Virus record (IMG/VR): IMGVR_UViG_3300034120_000351 | Span: 1-53,614 of that record | Strand: one strand, 5' to 3' | Origin: a virus | Lineage: Duplodnaviria; Caudoviricetes | Length of the DNA: 53,614 nucleotides | In this document: piece by piece, positions 9,369 to 18,214 of the stretch | Layout of the letters: every line of letters starts with the position of its first letter | How positions within the stretch are numbered: the stretch's first letter is position 1 | Program-made: the position numbers and the translations under genes | Notes under the pieces: generated by a model | Told to the model about the DNA's origin: nothing | The model's database searches: none | What the model saw: only the letters and a program-made list of their open reading frames with translations

Positions 9369-9553
9369 GACAACAACAAGCATTCCCAAGTGAAGAATAT
9401 TACGGCATGAATTTGCGTGATTACTTCGCGGCTCAGGCTATGCAATCATTTACAGGAGACGTTGGCTGGAAATCTGACCAGAAATGGTTTGAAGAAATTG
9501 CAGAAGGCGCTTACAAGGTTGCAGACGCAATGATGAAAGCGAGGGAAGCATGA
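9365..9553 (+). CDS. Small hypothetical phage protein (LRDYFAAQAM...AYKVADAMMKARE family)
   Basis: Recognisable widespread small phage protein pattern; coupled on both sides. Confidence 0.75.
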   Translation: MRQQQAFPSEEYYGMNLRDYFAAQAMQSFTGDVGWKSDQKWFEEIAEGAYKVADAMMKAREA

Positions 9554-10551
9554 CCGATTATCGTCTACCTGAGAACCGCGCCGCGTATTTCTCGGCGCTG
9601 TACAAGATGAACCTTGAGCATGGTGTTATGCCAGGACTGGTTTATCTGTACATGCCTGAGTTAGCCCGCCGCTGCGAATGGGACGCTGAGCAGAAGCTCT
9701 GGTTCGCCTTTCTGAACGGCTTGACGCAGAACCCGATCACCTCGTTACGCTTGCTCAGCCGACTGCCGAGCGTGCCTCCTGCGGGCGCTCAGTTGACGCA
9801 GTTCAATGATTGGTTCAATGCTGAGTGGGATACGCTTCAGTTTGACACCGACCGCCGCTACCAGAAGCGCGACACCCTTGAAGCCATCAAGACTTACGCT
9901 AAGTTGGTCGAGGAGTTCGGCTCTCAGGAGGCAATGCTGACCGGTAAGCCTTACTCCGAGCTTTGGGATCTTGTGCGTAACCGCTACTACAGCTTCGGTC
10001 GTCTGTCATCGTTCAGCTACCTCGAGTATGTCTACCTGAACGGCTTCGGCGCTGACTGCGATGATCTGATGTTTAGCGACAAGTCGGGCAGCAAGTCACA
10101 CCGCAACGGAATGCTGTTTTTAATCGGCAGAGACGAGCTGGTGTGGGACAAGCGCCTGCCCAACGGACAAGACGGCAGCTACCCTAAGTTCAACCTGATG
10201 TGCGGCTTCCTCGCTGCGGAGGCTGACAAGTACATTGATAGCTTCAACGCCGCCAATCCTGGCATCGCTCACGCGGGTCGCTTCACTATGGAGTCAAACC
10301 TTTGCACGTTCAAGAATCATTTCTTCGGTCGTCGCTACCCAGGAGTTTACGCGGACATGGCGTGGGAGCGGATTGAGTGGGCTGAGGCGCGTGACCAAGG
10401 CGAGTACACCGAGGTGTTCAAGGACATGCGCTCACAGCTCTTGCCTGACTGGTTACGCGCTGAGTGTGAGACCGAGCCGTTGACCGTAAAACAGAAAGCC
10501 GCCGTGTTCCCTGAGACCGGTTCACCCTATAGAGCGGAGTACTTTTTATGA
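9550..10551 (+). CDS. Amino acid:DNA transferase (aGPT-Pplase2/ADDT family)
   Basis: FDTDRRY, FGRLSSFSYLEY, SHRNG and ESNLCTFK...RRYPGVYAD motifs plus gene context. Confidence 0.8.
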   Translation: MTDYRLPENRAAYFSALYKMNLEHGVMPGLVYLYMPELARRCEWDAEQKLWFAFLNGLTQNPITSLRLLSRLPSVPPAGAQLTQFNDWFNAEWDTLQFDTDRRYQKRDTLEAIKTYAKLVEEFGSQEAMLTGKPYSELWDLVRNRYYSFGRLSSFSYLEYVYLNGFGADCDDLMFSDKSGSKSHRNGMLFLIGRDELVWDKRLPNGQDGSYPKFNLMCGFLAAEADKYIDSFNAANPGIAHAGRFTMESNLCTFKNHFFGRRYPGVYADMAWERIEWAEARDQGEYTEVFKDMRSQLLPDWLRAECETEPLTVKQKAAVFPETGSPYRAEYFL

Positions 10552-11126
10552 AGCATATCATCCTGCGAATTGCCGGCACGTTCGGCTCGGGCAAGACCAC
10601 CGCGATGCGCGGCTTCTTCAACTACCCGCACACAGTTTTGATGAGCGGTAAAAAGATCGCCGGTTATCAAGTCGACGCCAGCTCTGCCGGAATCAGCGAG
10701 CCGATCTTTGTGGTTGGCAAGTATGACAACACGTGCGGCGGCACAGACGCCATCAAGACACAGGCTGAGATTGCCGAGAAGATCCTGAAAGCACACCCCC
10801 ATGGCCATGTGTTATACGAGGGCGCTTTAGTGTCTGCGAGCGGACTCGCCGGTCAGGTGACGCAAGCCATTCACCCTACCGGCTGCGATGTGTACGCCTT
10901 TCTTGACACTCCGCAAGACCTCTGCGTTGAGCGGGTTAAGGGGCGTCGCCTCGCCGCCGGCAACGACAAAGAGTTTGACCCGAAGAACCTGATTGACAAG
11001 TTTGAGTCGGTTGTCAACTGCTACAAAAACCTGCGCAAAGAAGGCACGTACGACGTGCGTCTGATTGACCACACAGACCCGCACCCCGCGCTAGTAGAAA
11101 TCATAAAGGAGTATGAAAATGCGTGA
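10548..11126 (+). CDS. P-loop nucleotide kinase, probable 5-hmdU DNA kinase catalytic part
   Basis: Walker A GTFGSGKTT, VGKY...CGGTD and LYEG motifs; context. Confidence 0.78.
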   Translation: MKHIILRIAGTFGSGKTTAMRGFFNYPHTVLMSGKKIAGYQVDASSAGISEPIFVVGKYDNTCGGTDAIKTQAEIAEKILKAHPHGHVLYEGALVSASGLAGQVTQAIHPTGCDVYAFLDTPQDLCVERVKGRRLAAGNDKEFDPKNLIDKFESVVNCYKNLRKEGTYDVRLIDHTDPHPALVEIIKEYENA

Positions 11127-12039
11127 CAATTGCCCTTACCCTATGCCGACGCCGGAGACAGTTTGCTCGATGGCGGGTCTGCTTTACTTCATCTGGGAGC
11201 GGGAGGCTATCCGCATCGCTCGTGAGAACGGTCACAGCGCTCCGTGGACTAAAGACCCTGTACTCGCTAAGTACAAGTTCACCAACATCCACCGCTGCGA
11301 TGATCGCGTTTCGGTTTGGGTGATTGATCGGTTGATTGAGCCAGCGACCGCTCGAGGCGATGAGCACTTGTGGTTCACGCTGTTGATCGCCCGCCTGATC
11401 AACTGGCCGCCCACGCTACAGGCGCTGCTTGACAAGGGGGTCATCCCCTGCGCTCCTGAAAACTTTGATGCTGACTTGTTTGAGCACACGCTTGAGCGTA
11501 TCAAGAAAGACGGCAACAAGGTTTACTCCGGCGCGTACATGCTCTACCCGACTAAGATGGAGCCAGGAGGCAACAAGTCTAAGGCGGTGGCAAAGTACAT
11601 CATCGGCAGCGCGGTTGAGAACGCTGACAATATTAGCGCGGCGCTGTGGAACGATGGCGGGATGATGTCTATTGAGCGGTTCGTAGCTGAACTGAGCAAG
11701 TGCTTCGGCATCAGCACCTTTATTGCCGGACAGGTCGCCGCTGACTTGACGTACACCGGCATGGACGTTGAAGACTTGTTCACTTACGCGCCTATCGGTC
11801 CTGGTAGCTCGCGTGGGCTAAACTATTTGCTCGGCAAGCAGCCGTTCGCCACGTGGAAGCAGAAAGAATTCAATGCCGAGCTGAGCAACATCTTCAGCGA
11901 GATCGTTGATAAATTAGAAATCGTAGACATGACGCTGCATGATGTGCAGAACTGCATGTGCGAGTTCAGCAAGTACTGCCGCGCCGTACTCGGCGAGGGT
12001 AAACCTAAAACAACCTACCAACCAGAAACGGAGTTCTAA
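11113..12039 (+). CDS. 5-hmdU DNA kinase helical-domain protein (aGPT-Pplase1 family)
   Basis: ERE.IR...PWTKDPVLAKYKFTNIHR.DDR, RLINWP, GAYM, F.AGQVAADL, GPGSSRGL and QNCMCEFSKY motifs. Confidence 0.85.
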   Translation: MKMRDNCPYPMPTPETVCSMAGLLYFIWEREAIRIARENGHSAPWTKDPVLAKYKFTNIHRCDDRVSVWVIDRLIEPATARGDEHLWFTLLIARLINWPPTLQALLDKGVIPCAPENFDADLFEHTLERIKKDGNKVYSGAYMLYPTKMEPGGNKSKAVAKYIIGSAVENADNISAALWNDGGMMSIERFVAELSKCFGISTFIAGQVAADLTYTGMDVEDLFTYAPIGPGSSRGLNYLLGKQPFATWKQKEFNAELSNIFSEIVDKLEIVDMTLHDVQNCMCEFSKYCRAVLGEGKPKTTYQPETEF

Positions 12040-12040
12040 A

Positions 12041-13078
12041 ATGGAGTTAGTCGTACGTAACGTCAATCAGGCTTTCAGTGAGATATTCTGGAAGCTCAAA
12101 GTGCTCAACCTTCAACCTGAGCAGACCCGCAATGGTCCCGCTATCGTGTACCCTGAGATGGTGACCACGGTCTACAAGTGCCCGTCTGAGCGCGTGCTGT
12201 TTCACAAGGGTCGTGATGCTAACCCGATCTTTCACCTCATGGAGTCGATCTGGATGCTGGCAGGGCGTAATGACGTTGCGTTCCTACAGCAGTTCAACAA
12301 GCGCATGGTCGAGTTCAGCGACGACGGCAAGACATTTAACGCCGCCTATGGTCACCGCTGGCGCAAGCACTTCGGTCATGACCAGCTTGACGAGGTCATT
12401 AGAACCCTGCGCCGCGACCCTAACAGCCGTCAGGCGGTTGTTCAGATCTGGGACGACGCTGATTTGAACAAGAAGACCAAGGACAAGGCGTGCAACATGC
12501 AGGTCATCTTTGACACTCGCGGCGGTCGTCTGAACATGACGGTGATCAACCGGTCTAACGATATCTGGTGGGGTGCGTACGGCGCTAACGCTGTGCATTT
12601 CAGTTTCCTGCAGGAGTTTGTAGCCGCTGCGATAGCGCACAGAATCGGCGTGTACCGTCAGGTGAGTAATAATTTCCACTTATACACAGAACTTTATAAC
12701 GCGAACAAATACCTCGTGACCCCGCCGGACGCTAACGACTATGACCATTACTCTAACGGCTCAGTGCGCCCCCTCCCGATCATGCTGAACGGCGAGTACA
12801 AACTGTTCCTAGCGGAGTGTGAGATGTTCTGCCACGACCCGTACAATGAGCGCATTCATTATGCTAACCCTTTCTTTGAGCACATCGCACGCCCCATGGC
12901 TATGATCAGTCGCGTACGCAAGATTCACGCAGGTGACGGTCGTAGCTATGCCGCTAAGATCCGCGCCGAGGACTGGCGTCGCGCAGCGTTTGATTGGATT
13001 GACCGCCGTGACCAAGCACGCAAAATCAAAGAGGAAGATGACGAGATAAATGAGCTGCGGAAGGCTGAGAAAAAATAA
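12041..13078 (+). CDS. Thymidylate synthase-fold enzyme, probable dUMP hydroxymethylase (start revised to MELVV)
   Basis: SRQAV, catalytic Cys in DKACN, RSNDIWWGAYGAN with the dUMP-specifying Asn, and NFHLY; context favours hydroxymethylase over ThyA. Confidence 0.82.
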   Translation: MELVVRNVNQAFSEIFWKLKVLNLQPEQTRNGPAIVYPEMVTTVYKCPSERVLFHKGRDANPIFHLMESIWMLAGRNDVAFLQQFNKRMVEFSDDGKTFNAAYGHRWRKHFGHDQLDEVIRTLRRDPNSRQAVVQIWDDADLNKKTKDKACNMQVIFDTRGGRLNMTVINRSNDIWWGAYGANAVHFSFLQEFVAAAIAHRIGVYRQVSNNFHLYTELYNANKYLVTPPDANDYDHYSNGSVRPLPIMLNGEYKLFLAECEMFCHDPYNERIHYANPFFEHIARPMAMISRVRKIHAGDGRSYAAKIRAEDWRRAAFDWIDRRDQARKIKEEDDEINELRKAEKK

Positions 13079-13079
13079 T

Positions 13080-13118
13080 TTGCGTGCTGTGAGAAATGTG
13101 AGCTATAATTGCTCACAT
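13080..13118 (+). promoter_or_regulatory. Sigma70-like promoter with an inverted repeat around the -10 box
   Basis: TTGCGT-18nt-TATAAT; ATGTGAGC (13096-13103) and GCTCACAT (13111-13118) flank TATAATT. Confidence 0.75.
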
Positions 13119-13141
13119 AACTGCTAACTGGAGAACTTTTT

Positions 13142-13630
13142 GTGAAACATACCCTCGATTTTATTCTGGCTGGAAGCGAAGTGAAGCGCTATCACACAGT
13201 CACCACGCTCGTGTCTGAGACCGTCGGTCATCATTCACACGGCGTTGCTATGCTGTGCTTGATGTTTGACCCGATGGCGAGCCGTCAACTGCTAATGGCT
13301 GCGCTGTTCCATGATTTGGCTGAACACCAAACCGGCGACATCCCCTCCCCTGCTAAGCGTGAGTTCGGCATCGGCGGCAAAGTTGACGAATTAGAGTTGC
13401 GCCTTATGAGCGCTGCCGGAATCGTCACACCGCACCTCTCACCTGAAGACAAGAGAACTCTCAAGCTCGCCGACGTAGCACAGGGTGCGCTGTTTTGCGC
13501 TCGGGAGATCTCACTCGGCAACAAACGCATGCGCCGCGTATTTGACCGCTACATCAGCTACGCGGAAGAGCTGATTCTGGTCGGTCGCGAGCGCGAAATT
13601 TTCAACATGATCAAGGAATACGCAGCATGA
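13142..13630 (+). CDS. HD-domain deoxynucleotide hydrolase (YfbR-like)
   Basis: VKRYH, ETVGHHS, LFHDLAE.QTGDIPSP and LKLAD motifs; GTG start after the leader repeat. Confidence 0.85.
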   Translation: MKHTLDFILAGSEVKRYHTVTTLVSETVGHHSHGVAMLCLMFDPMASRQLLMAALFHDLAEHQTGDIPSPAKREFGIGGKVDELELRLMSAAGIVTPHLSPEDKRTLKLADVAQGALFCAREISLGNKRMRRVFDRYISYAEELILVGREREIFNMIKEYAA

Positions 13631-13899
13631 GCGCGGCAAATCAAAAACAGATCGGTGGTAACCACTACAAGCACGGCGGCGAGGAACACTGGGACCGCGT
13701 CAATCGCTTGCGCCTGAATTACTTTCAAGCGGCGGCTACAAAGTACATTGAGCGTTGCTACCTGAAGGGTAACACTGTTCAAGACCTGCAGAAAGCCGTT
13801 CACTTCCTTGAGAAGCTGATTGAGATCGAGCAGCGTAAGGCTGATGCGGCTTGTGGTGACGGTAGCGAGCCTACCAGCGGCTATGTCAATCAAGACTGA
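13627..13899 (+). CDS. DUF3310 protein (T7 gp1.7-like, possible nucleotide kinase)
   Basis: QIGGNHYK...KYIER...KG...QDLQKAVHFL motif. Confidence 0.8.
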   Translation: MSAANQKQIGGNHYKHGGEEHWDRVNRLRLNYFQAAATKYIERCYLKGNTVQDLQKAVHFLEKLIEIEQRKADAACGDGSEPTSGYVNQD

Positions 13900-13900
13900 C

Positions 13901-15742
13901 ATGGGTACTTGGGTGTTTGATACTGAAACTCTGCCTAACCGGACTCTGTTCTGCGCAAAGAACATTGAGACCGGCGAGTGGTTTGACTTGTGGCGTCATT
14001 CTGACGACGCCCCTGCTCGCCTCACTCGGTTTGTGCAGCAGTCAGACAGCACGTTCATCGGCTTCAACAGCAAGTCGTTTGACAACGCGGTTGTGGCGGC
14101 GTTCTGCCTCGGTAGGACTGAGATTGAGATCAAGCGGATTGCTGATGACATCATCACGAACCGCCTGTCGCCTTGGAACGCGATGCGTAAGCACAACCTG
14201 CGTGACATCATCATTGATGACATTGACTTGATTGAGGTCGCTCCCTCGTTTGTAGGTCTGAAAGCCTACGGCGCTCGCATGCATATGCCTAAGTTGCAGG
14301 ACATGCCGATCGCTCACGACGAGATGATCGCCCCTGATCAAGAGCCGATGCTACTTGAGTATTGCCACAATGACGTTGACACAACTGCTGAGCTGTTGAA
14401 TCAACTCGAAGGCGAGCTTTTGCTGCGCGTTGAGATGAGCCGCCGGTACGGAGCTGACATGCGTAGCAAGTCTGACTCACAAATGGCGGAACAGGCGTAC
14501 ATCACCAGCATGGGTCTCAAACGTCAAGAGAATGAGATCCCTAAGACGGTCAGATATACGCCTCCGGCATTCCTGAAGTTTATGGATGCCGAGCTACAGG
14601 GTCTGCTTGATCGTGTCTCTGAGCACGTGTTCAATATGAACCCTGCCACCGGACACGTCCAGCTTCCAGACTTTCTCGGGCAGCGGACGATTAAATTTGG
14701 CACCGGCGAGTACCAGCTCGGCGTGGGCGGCATTCACAGCGTGCATGATAAACAGGTGTGCCACATCGCCGGTGATGATCACATGTGCGACCTCGACGCG
14801 GCTTCGTTCTACCCGAGTATCATTCTTGAGTGCGGGTTTGTGCCCGCCGCGCTCGGCAAGCGCTTCGTTGAGGAGTACCGCAAGATTTACGAGCGCCGCC
14901 TCGAGGCAAAGCGCAACGGCGACAAGATCACTGACGCGACGCTGAAGATTTCGCTGAACGGCACGTTCGGCAAGCTCGCCAGCCGTTACTCGGTGTTGTA
15001 CTCGCCGGACTTGATGTTGGCGGTGACGCTGACTGGGCAGTTCACCCTGCTCATGTTGATTGAGTGGCTTGAGCGGGCAGGGGCTTTGACCTTGTCAGCT
15101 AATACCGACGGCATCGCGATCAAGTTCACAAAGGAACAGAAGGAGCTAGTTGAGAAGGTTGTCAATAAGTTTAGTGAGGTGTCCGGTTTCGTGTTTGAGT
15201 ACACGCCGTATCGCGCCCTCGCTATGAAGGACGTAAACAATTACATTGCGGTCAAGCCTGACCGGAAGCTGAAAGTCAAGGGCATCTATGCGCCGCTCTC
15301 TCTTAAGAAAAACCCAACGGCTCAGGTATCGTCAGATGCTGTCGGCGCGTGGTTGGCAAGCGGTACTCCGTTCGAAGAGACGATTAAGTCTGCTCCGTTT
15401 ACGCACTTCATTAGCGCAAGGAATGTCACTGGCGGTGGCCAGCAAGCTGGGGTTTACCTTGGCAAAGTCGTACGGTGGTATCAATCAACGGACACTGGCG
15501 GCGAGCCTATCAAGTATGCTACGAATGGCAACAAAGTCCCTAAGACCGAAGGCGCTAAGGCGTGCATGACCGTGCTTGACAAGGTCGCTCACCCTGCTGA
15601 TCTCGACTATGAATGGTATAACAAAGAGGCGATAAAAATCGCCATAGCGGTTGGCTGCTCGCAGTACCTCACCCCTGAGCAACTCGCTTTAGTGGCACCA
15701 CCACCTAAGAAAACTAGGAAAGTTAAAAATGGAACACGGTAA
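13901..15742 (+). CDS. Family B DNA polymerase with 3'-5' exonuclease (start revised to MGTWVFDTE)
   Basis: ExoI FDTE, ExoII FNSKSFD, ExoIII YCHND; polymerase motifs DLDAASFYPSII, KISLNGTFGKL and ANTDGI. Confidence 0.92.
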   Translation: MGTWVFDTETLPNRTLFCAKNIETGEWFDLWRHSDDAPARLTRFVQQSDSTFIGFNSKSFDNAVVAAFCLGRTEIEIKRIADDIITNRLSPWNAMRKHNLRDIIIDDIDLIEVAPSFVGLKAYGARMHMPKLQDMPIAHDEMIAPDQEPMLLEYCHNDVDTTAELLNQLEGELLLRVEMSRRYGADMRSKSDSQMAEQAYITSMGLKRQENEIPKTVRYTPPAFLKFMDAELQGLLDRVSEHVFNMNPATGHVQLPDFLGQRTIKFGTGEYQLGVGGIHSVHDKQVCHIAGDDHMCDLDAASFYPSIILECGFVPAALGKRFVEEYRKIYERRLEAKRNGDKITDATLKISLNGTFGKLASRYSVLYSPDLMLAVTLTGQFTLLMLIEWLERAGALTLSANTDGIAIKFTKEQKELVEKVVNKFSEVSGFVFEYTPYRALAMKDVNNYIAVKPDRKLKVKGIYAPLSLKKNPTAQVSSDAVGAWLASGTPFEETIKSAPFTHFISARNVTGGGQQAGVYLGKVVRWYQSTDTGGEPIKYATNGNKVPKTEGAKACMTVLDKVAHPADLDYEWYNKEAIKIAIAVGCSQYLTPEQLALVAPPPKKTRKVKNGTR

Positions 15743-16097
15743 TCAACGAACTGTCTACGTAGTACAAGTAGACAACAATAAAGACCTCTCGGACGCGAAG
15801 AAGTACGGCGCGTTGCGTGCGGTCTTCGGTAACCCGCGCAAGCCCTACGACACGATGAGCATGATCGCTAAGGCGCGTCGTGTCATGTCTGAATGGCAAA
15901 ATGGTGACCATTTGTTGATGGTAGGCGACCCCACACTGTGTGCAGTATGCATGGTGGTGGCTAGCGAGCAGGACGACATTATCAATGTGCTGAGCTGGGA
16001 TCGTAACTCGTTCTCGTACATGCCTCAGCGTTGGGACTTTGGTCAGATGGGTCTCGACTACGACGATTTTGAAGCAGCGGATGACAAACCGCTTTAA
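15729..16097 (+). CDS. Conserved hypothetical phage protein
   Basis: 122-aa ORF overlapping the polymerase end, in the replication operon. Confidence 0.7.
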   Translation: MEHGNQRTVYVVQVDNNKDLSDAKKYGALRAVFGNPRKPYDTMSMIAKARRVMSEWQNGDHLLMVGDPTLCAVCMVVASEQDDIINVLSWDRNSFSYMPQRWDFGQMGLDYDDFEAADDKPL

Positions 16098-16116
16098 CCC
16101 ACGAAAGGAGAAAAAT

Positions 16117-16857
16117 ATGTCAAACTGGCAAGACGCCTTGAGAAAAGGTAAACAGGATGTACCGCCCCGTATTTGCATTTACGGGGGTCACGGTATCGGT
16201 AAATCCACCTTGGCTAGCAAGTTCCCAGCGCCGATTTTCATCAGCACTGAGGACGGTCTAGACTCGTTGGATGTTACCAGCTTCCCGCGTGCAACTAAGG
16301 TTGAGGACGTGGTCGAGAACATCAAGACCCTCATCAAAGAGGAACATGAGTTCAAGACCGTCGTAATTGACTCGGTTGATTGGCTCATCGAGCCGCTCAT
16401 CGTGAGCAACGTGGAATCGTCACACGACGCAAAAGACCTCGCCTACGGTAAAGGTCAGATGCTGGTTGCTGAGGAGTTCCGCGAGATCCTGCAGGGGTTG
16501 GACGTGCTGCGCGTAAAGCGCCGTATGAACATCGTGCTGATCGCTCACGCTGCTGTGGTGAAGTTTGAAGACCCGCGCACCGAACCCTACGACCGCTACC
16601 AGCCGAAGCTGCCTAACCGCTGCAACGCGCTGCTGCAGGAGTGGGCTGATGTGCTTGCGTTTGCCGCATTCAAGGTGATCATTCGCAAGTCTGACTCCGG
16701 TTTCAATAACCAGAAGAACCGAGGCGTAACGACAGGTGAGCGCTTGCTCCACTTTGTTGAGAACCCCGCGTTCGCTGCTAAGAACCGGTATACCTGTCCC
16801 GAAGAGATTGAGATGTCCATCGAAAATCTCGAAAAATTGATTCCCATTGCTAAATAA
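16117..16857 (+). CDS. AAA_24 / Sak4-like ATPase (start revised to MSNWQ)
   Basis: AAGGAG RBS; YGGHGIGKST, TEDG, TVVIDSVDW, LIAH and AKNR motifs. Confidence 0.85.
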   Translation: MSNWQDALRKGKQDVPPRICIYGGHGIGKSTLASKFPAPIFISTEDGLDSLDVTSFPRATKVEDVVENIKTLIKEEHEFKTVVIDSVDWLIEPLIVSNVESSHDAKDLAYGKGQMLVAEEFREILQGLDVLRVKRRMNIVLIAHAAVVKFEDPRTEPYDRYQPKLPNRCNALLQEWADVLAFAAFKVIIRKSDSGFNNQKNRGVTTGERLLHFVENPAFAAKNRYTCPEEIEMSIENLEKLIPIAK

Positions 16858-16873
16858 CTGAAGGAGCATTACC

Positions 16874-17374
16874 ATGGCTAAATTTGGATTTGACGTCTCT
16901 GACGTCGCCCCCGACACCGGTACTACCGGTGGTTCTTACGACCCCATCCCTGATGGTGAGTACATTCTGAAAGCGCTCGACGCTGAAGAGAAAACAACTA
17001 GCGCTGGTACGGGTTCGTACATCAAAGCGAAGTTTGAGGTCGTCAAGGGTGAGTTCGCCGGTCGCTTGATCTGGCAAAACTTCAACATCAACAACCCTAG
17101 CGAGAAGGCACAGCGTATCGGTCGTCAACAGCTGGTGGCTTGGTCTACCGCGTGTGGCAAGCCCGATGCCGACGACACTGACAAGCTGCTTGAGAAGCCT
17201 TTCCGCGCAGCGGTCAGCATTGAGAAGGGTACTGGTGGTTATTCTGACAGTAACCGCATCAAAGCGTTCTTGTTTGATCAGGAAGCCGCCACGCCAGCTA
17301 AGGCTGCACCGGCTAAAGCCGCCGCTCCTAAGGCAGCAGCCCCCGCCGCTAAGTCCGCTAACCCTTGGGACTAA
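16874..17374 (+). CDS. DUF669 single-stranded DNA-binding protein
   Basis: YDPIPDGEY motif; Ala/Pro tail ending NPWD; follows the AAA_24 gene. Confidence 0.8.
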   Translation: MAKFGFDVSDVAPDTGTTGGSYDPIPDGEYILKALDAEEKTTSAGTGSYIKAKFEVVKGEFAGRLIWQNFNINNPSEKAQRIGRQQLVAWSTACGKPDADDTDKLLEKPFRAAVSIEKGTGGYSDSNRIKAFLFDQEAATPAKAAPAKAAAPKAAAPAAKSANPWD

Positions 17375-17377
17375 ACC

Positions 17378-18214
17378 ATGGTAGCCATACCGCCCCGACC
17401 AGAGCAGCAGATCATCAATAGGGTGTACGCTGCTATTGAGAAAGAGAAGTCAAACCCTGACCTCTACCTCGGGCGGCTTGGCTCGTCTTTCATAGGCGAA
17501 GAATGCATACGACAAATCTGGCTTGACTGGCGCGGGTTCGCCCGCGAAGGTTTTGAGGGACGTATGCTTCGCCTATTTGAGACGGGACACCTGCAAGAAG
17601 AGCGGATCGTAGCTGATTTGCGCCGCGCAGGGTTTGCCGTCTGGGATAAGCGGGAGGACGGTCGTCAGTTTGAGTTCATAGATGACACAGGTCACTTTAT
17701 TACTAAGGTGGACGGAGTCATCAAAGATGTGCCAGACTGCGACACACCTCACGTGCTCGAGGTCAAGACGCACAACAAGAACAGCTTCAGCGGAGTCGTC
17801 AAGAAGGGTATTCAGGAGTCCAAGCCGTTACACTATGCTCAGGTGCAAATCAGCATGGCGCTCGGCGGGTTCACCCGCGCCCTCTACGTCGCAGTCTGCA
17901 AAGACGATGAACAGTTCTACGTTGAGCGCGTCAAGGAAGACAAGAGCGAGCAAAAGAAACTGCAACAGAAAATCATCAAGCTGACCGAGGCGCGTCTGCG
18001 CCCTGCCGGTATAAGTGATGACGGTAGCAGCTTCGGGTGTAAGTTTTGTAGCATGAAGGCGGTCTGCACTCGTGAGGCTGAACCCTTACGTCACTGCCGC
18101 ACATGCACTATGGCCACGCCGACCCCAGCAGGGACTTGGACGTGTGAACTCAACAAAGAAACTCTCAGCATGGACGCTCAACGAGCTGGCTGTGAGAATT
18201 ACGAGGCTTTATGA
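17378..18214 (+). CDS. Cas4-like PD-(D/E)XK exonuclease
   Basis: SFIGEEC.R, VDG...LEVKT, YAQVQ and C-terminal CKFC...C Fe-S cysteines. Confidence 0.85.
   Translation: MVAIPPRPEQQIINRVYAAIEKEKSNPDLYLGRLGSSFIGEECIRQIWLDWRGFAREGFEGRMLRLFETGHLQEERIVADLRRAGFAVWDKREDGRQFEFIDDTGHFITKVDGVIKDVPDCDTPHVLEVKTHNKNSFSGVVKKGIQESKPLHYAQVQISMALGGFTRALYVAVCKDDEQFYVERVKEDKSEQKKLQQKIIKLTEARLRPAGISDDGSSFGCKFCSMKAVCTREAEPLRHCRTCTMATPTPAGTWTCELNKETLSMDAQRAGCENYEAL

Noticed and set aside
12041-13078. dCMP hydroxymethylase (cytosine modification) or ordinary ThyA
   Set aside because: The specificity residue is Asn (dUMP type), and the neighbours are 5-hmdU pathway genes
13142-13630. DatZ of a 2-aminoadenine (Z) genome system
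   Set aside because: No PurZ in the window, and the context points to thymidine modification
13820-13900. Extended N-termini given by the ORF track for PolB (also TS 11939, AAA 16039, 5767, 6803, 7697)
   Set aside because: They overlap upstream genes; downstream ATGs fit RBS position or gene spacing better
17378-18214. Cas4-like gene as evidence of a CRISPR system
   Set aside because: No array or other cas genes; it sits in a standard AAA_24-SSB-exonuclease-RuvC recombination module
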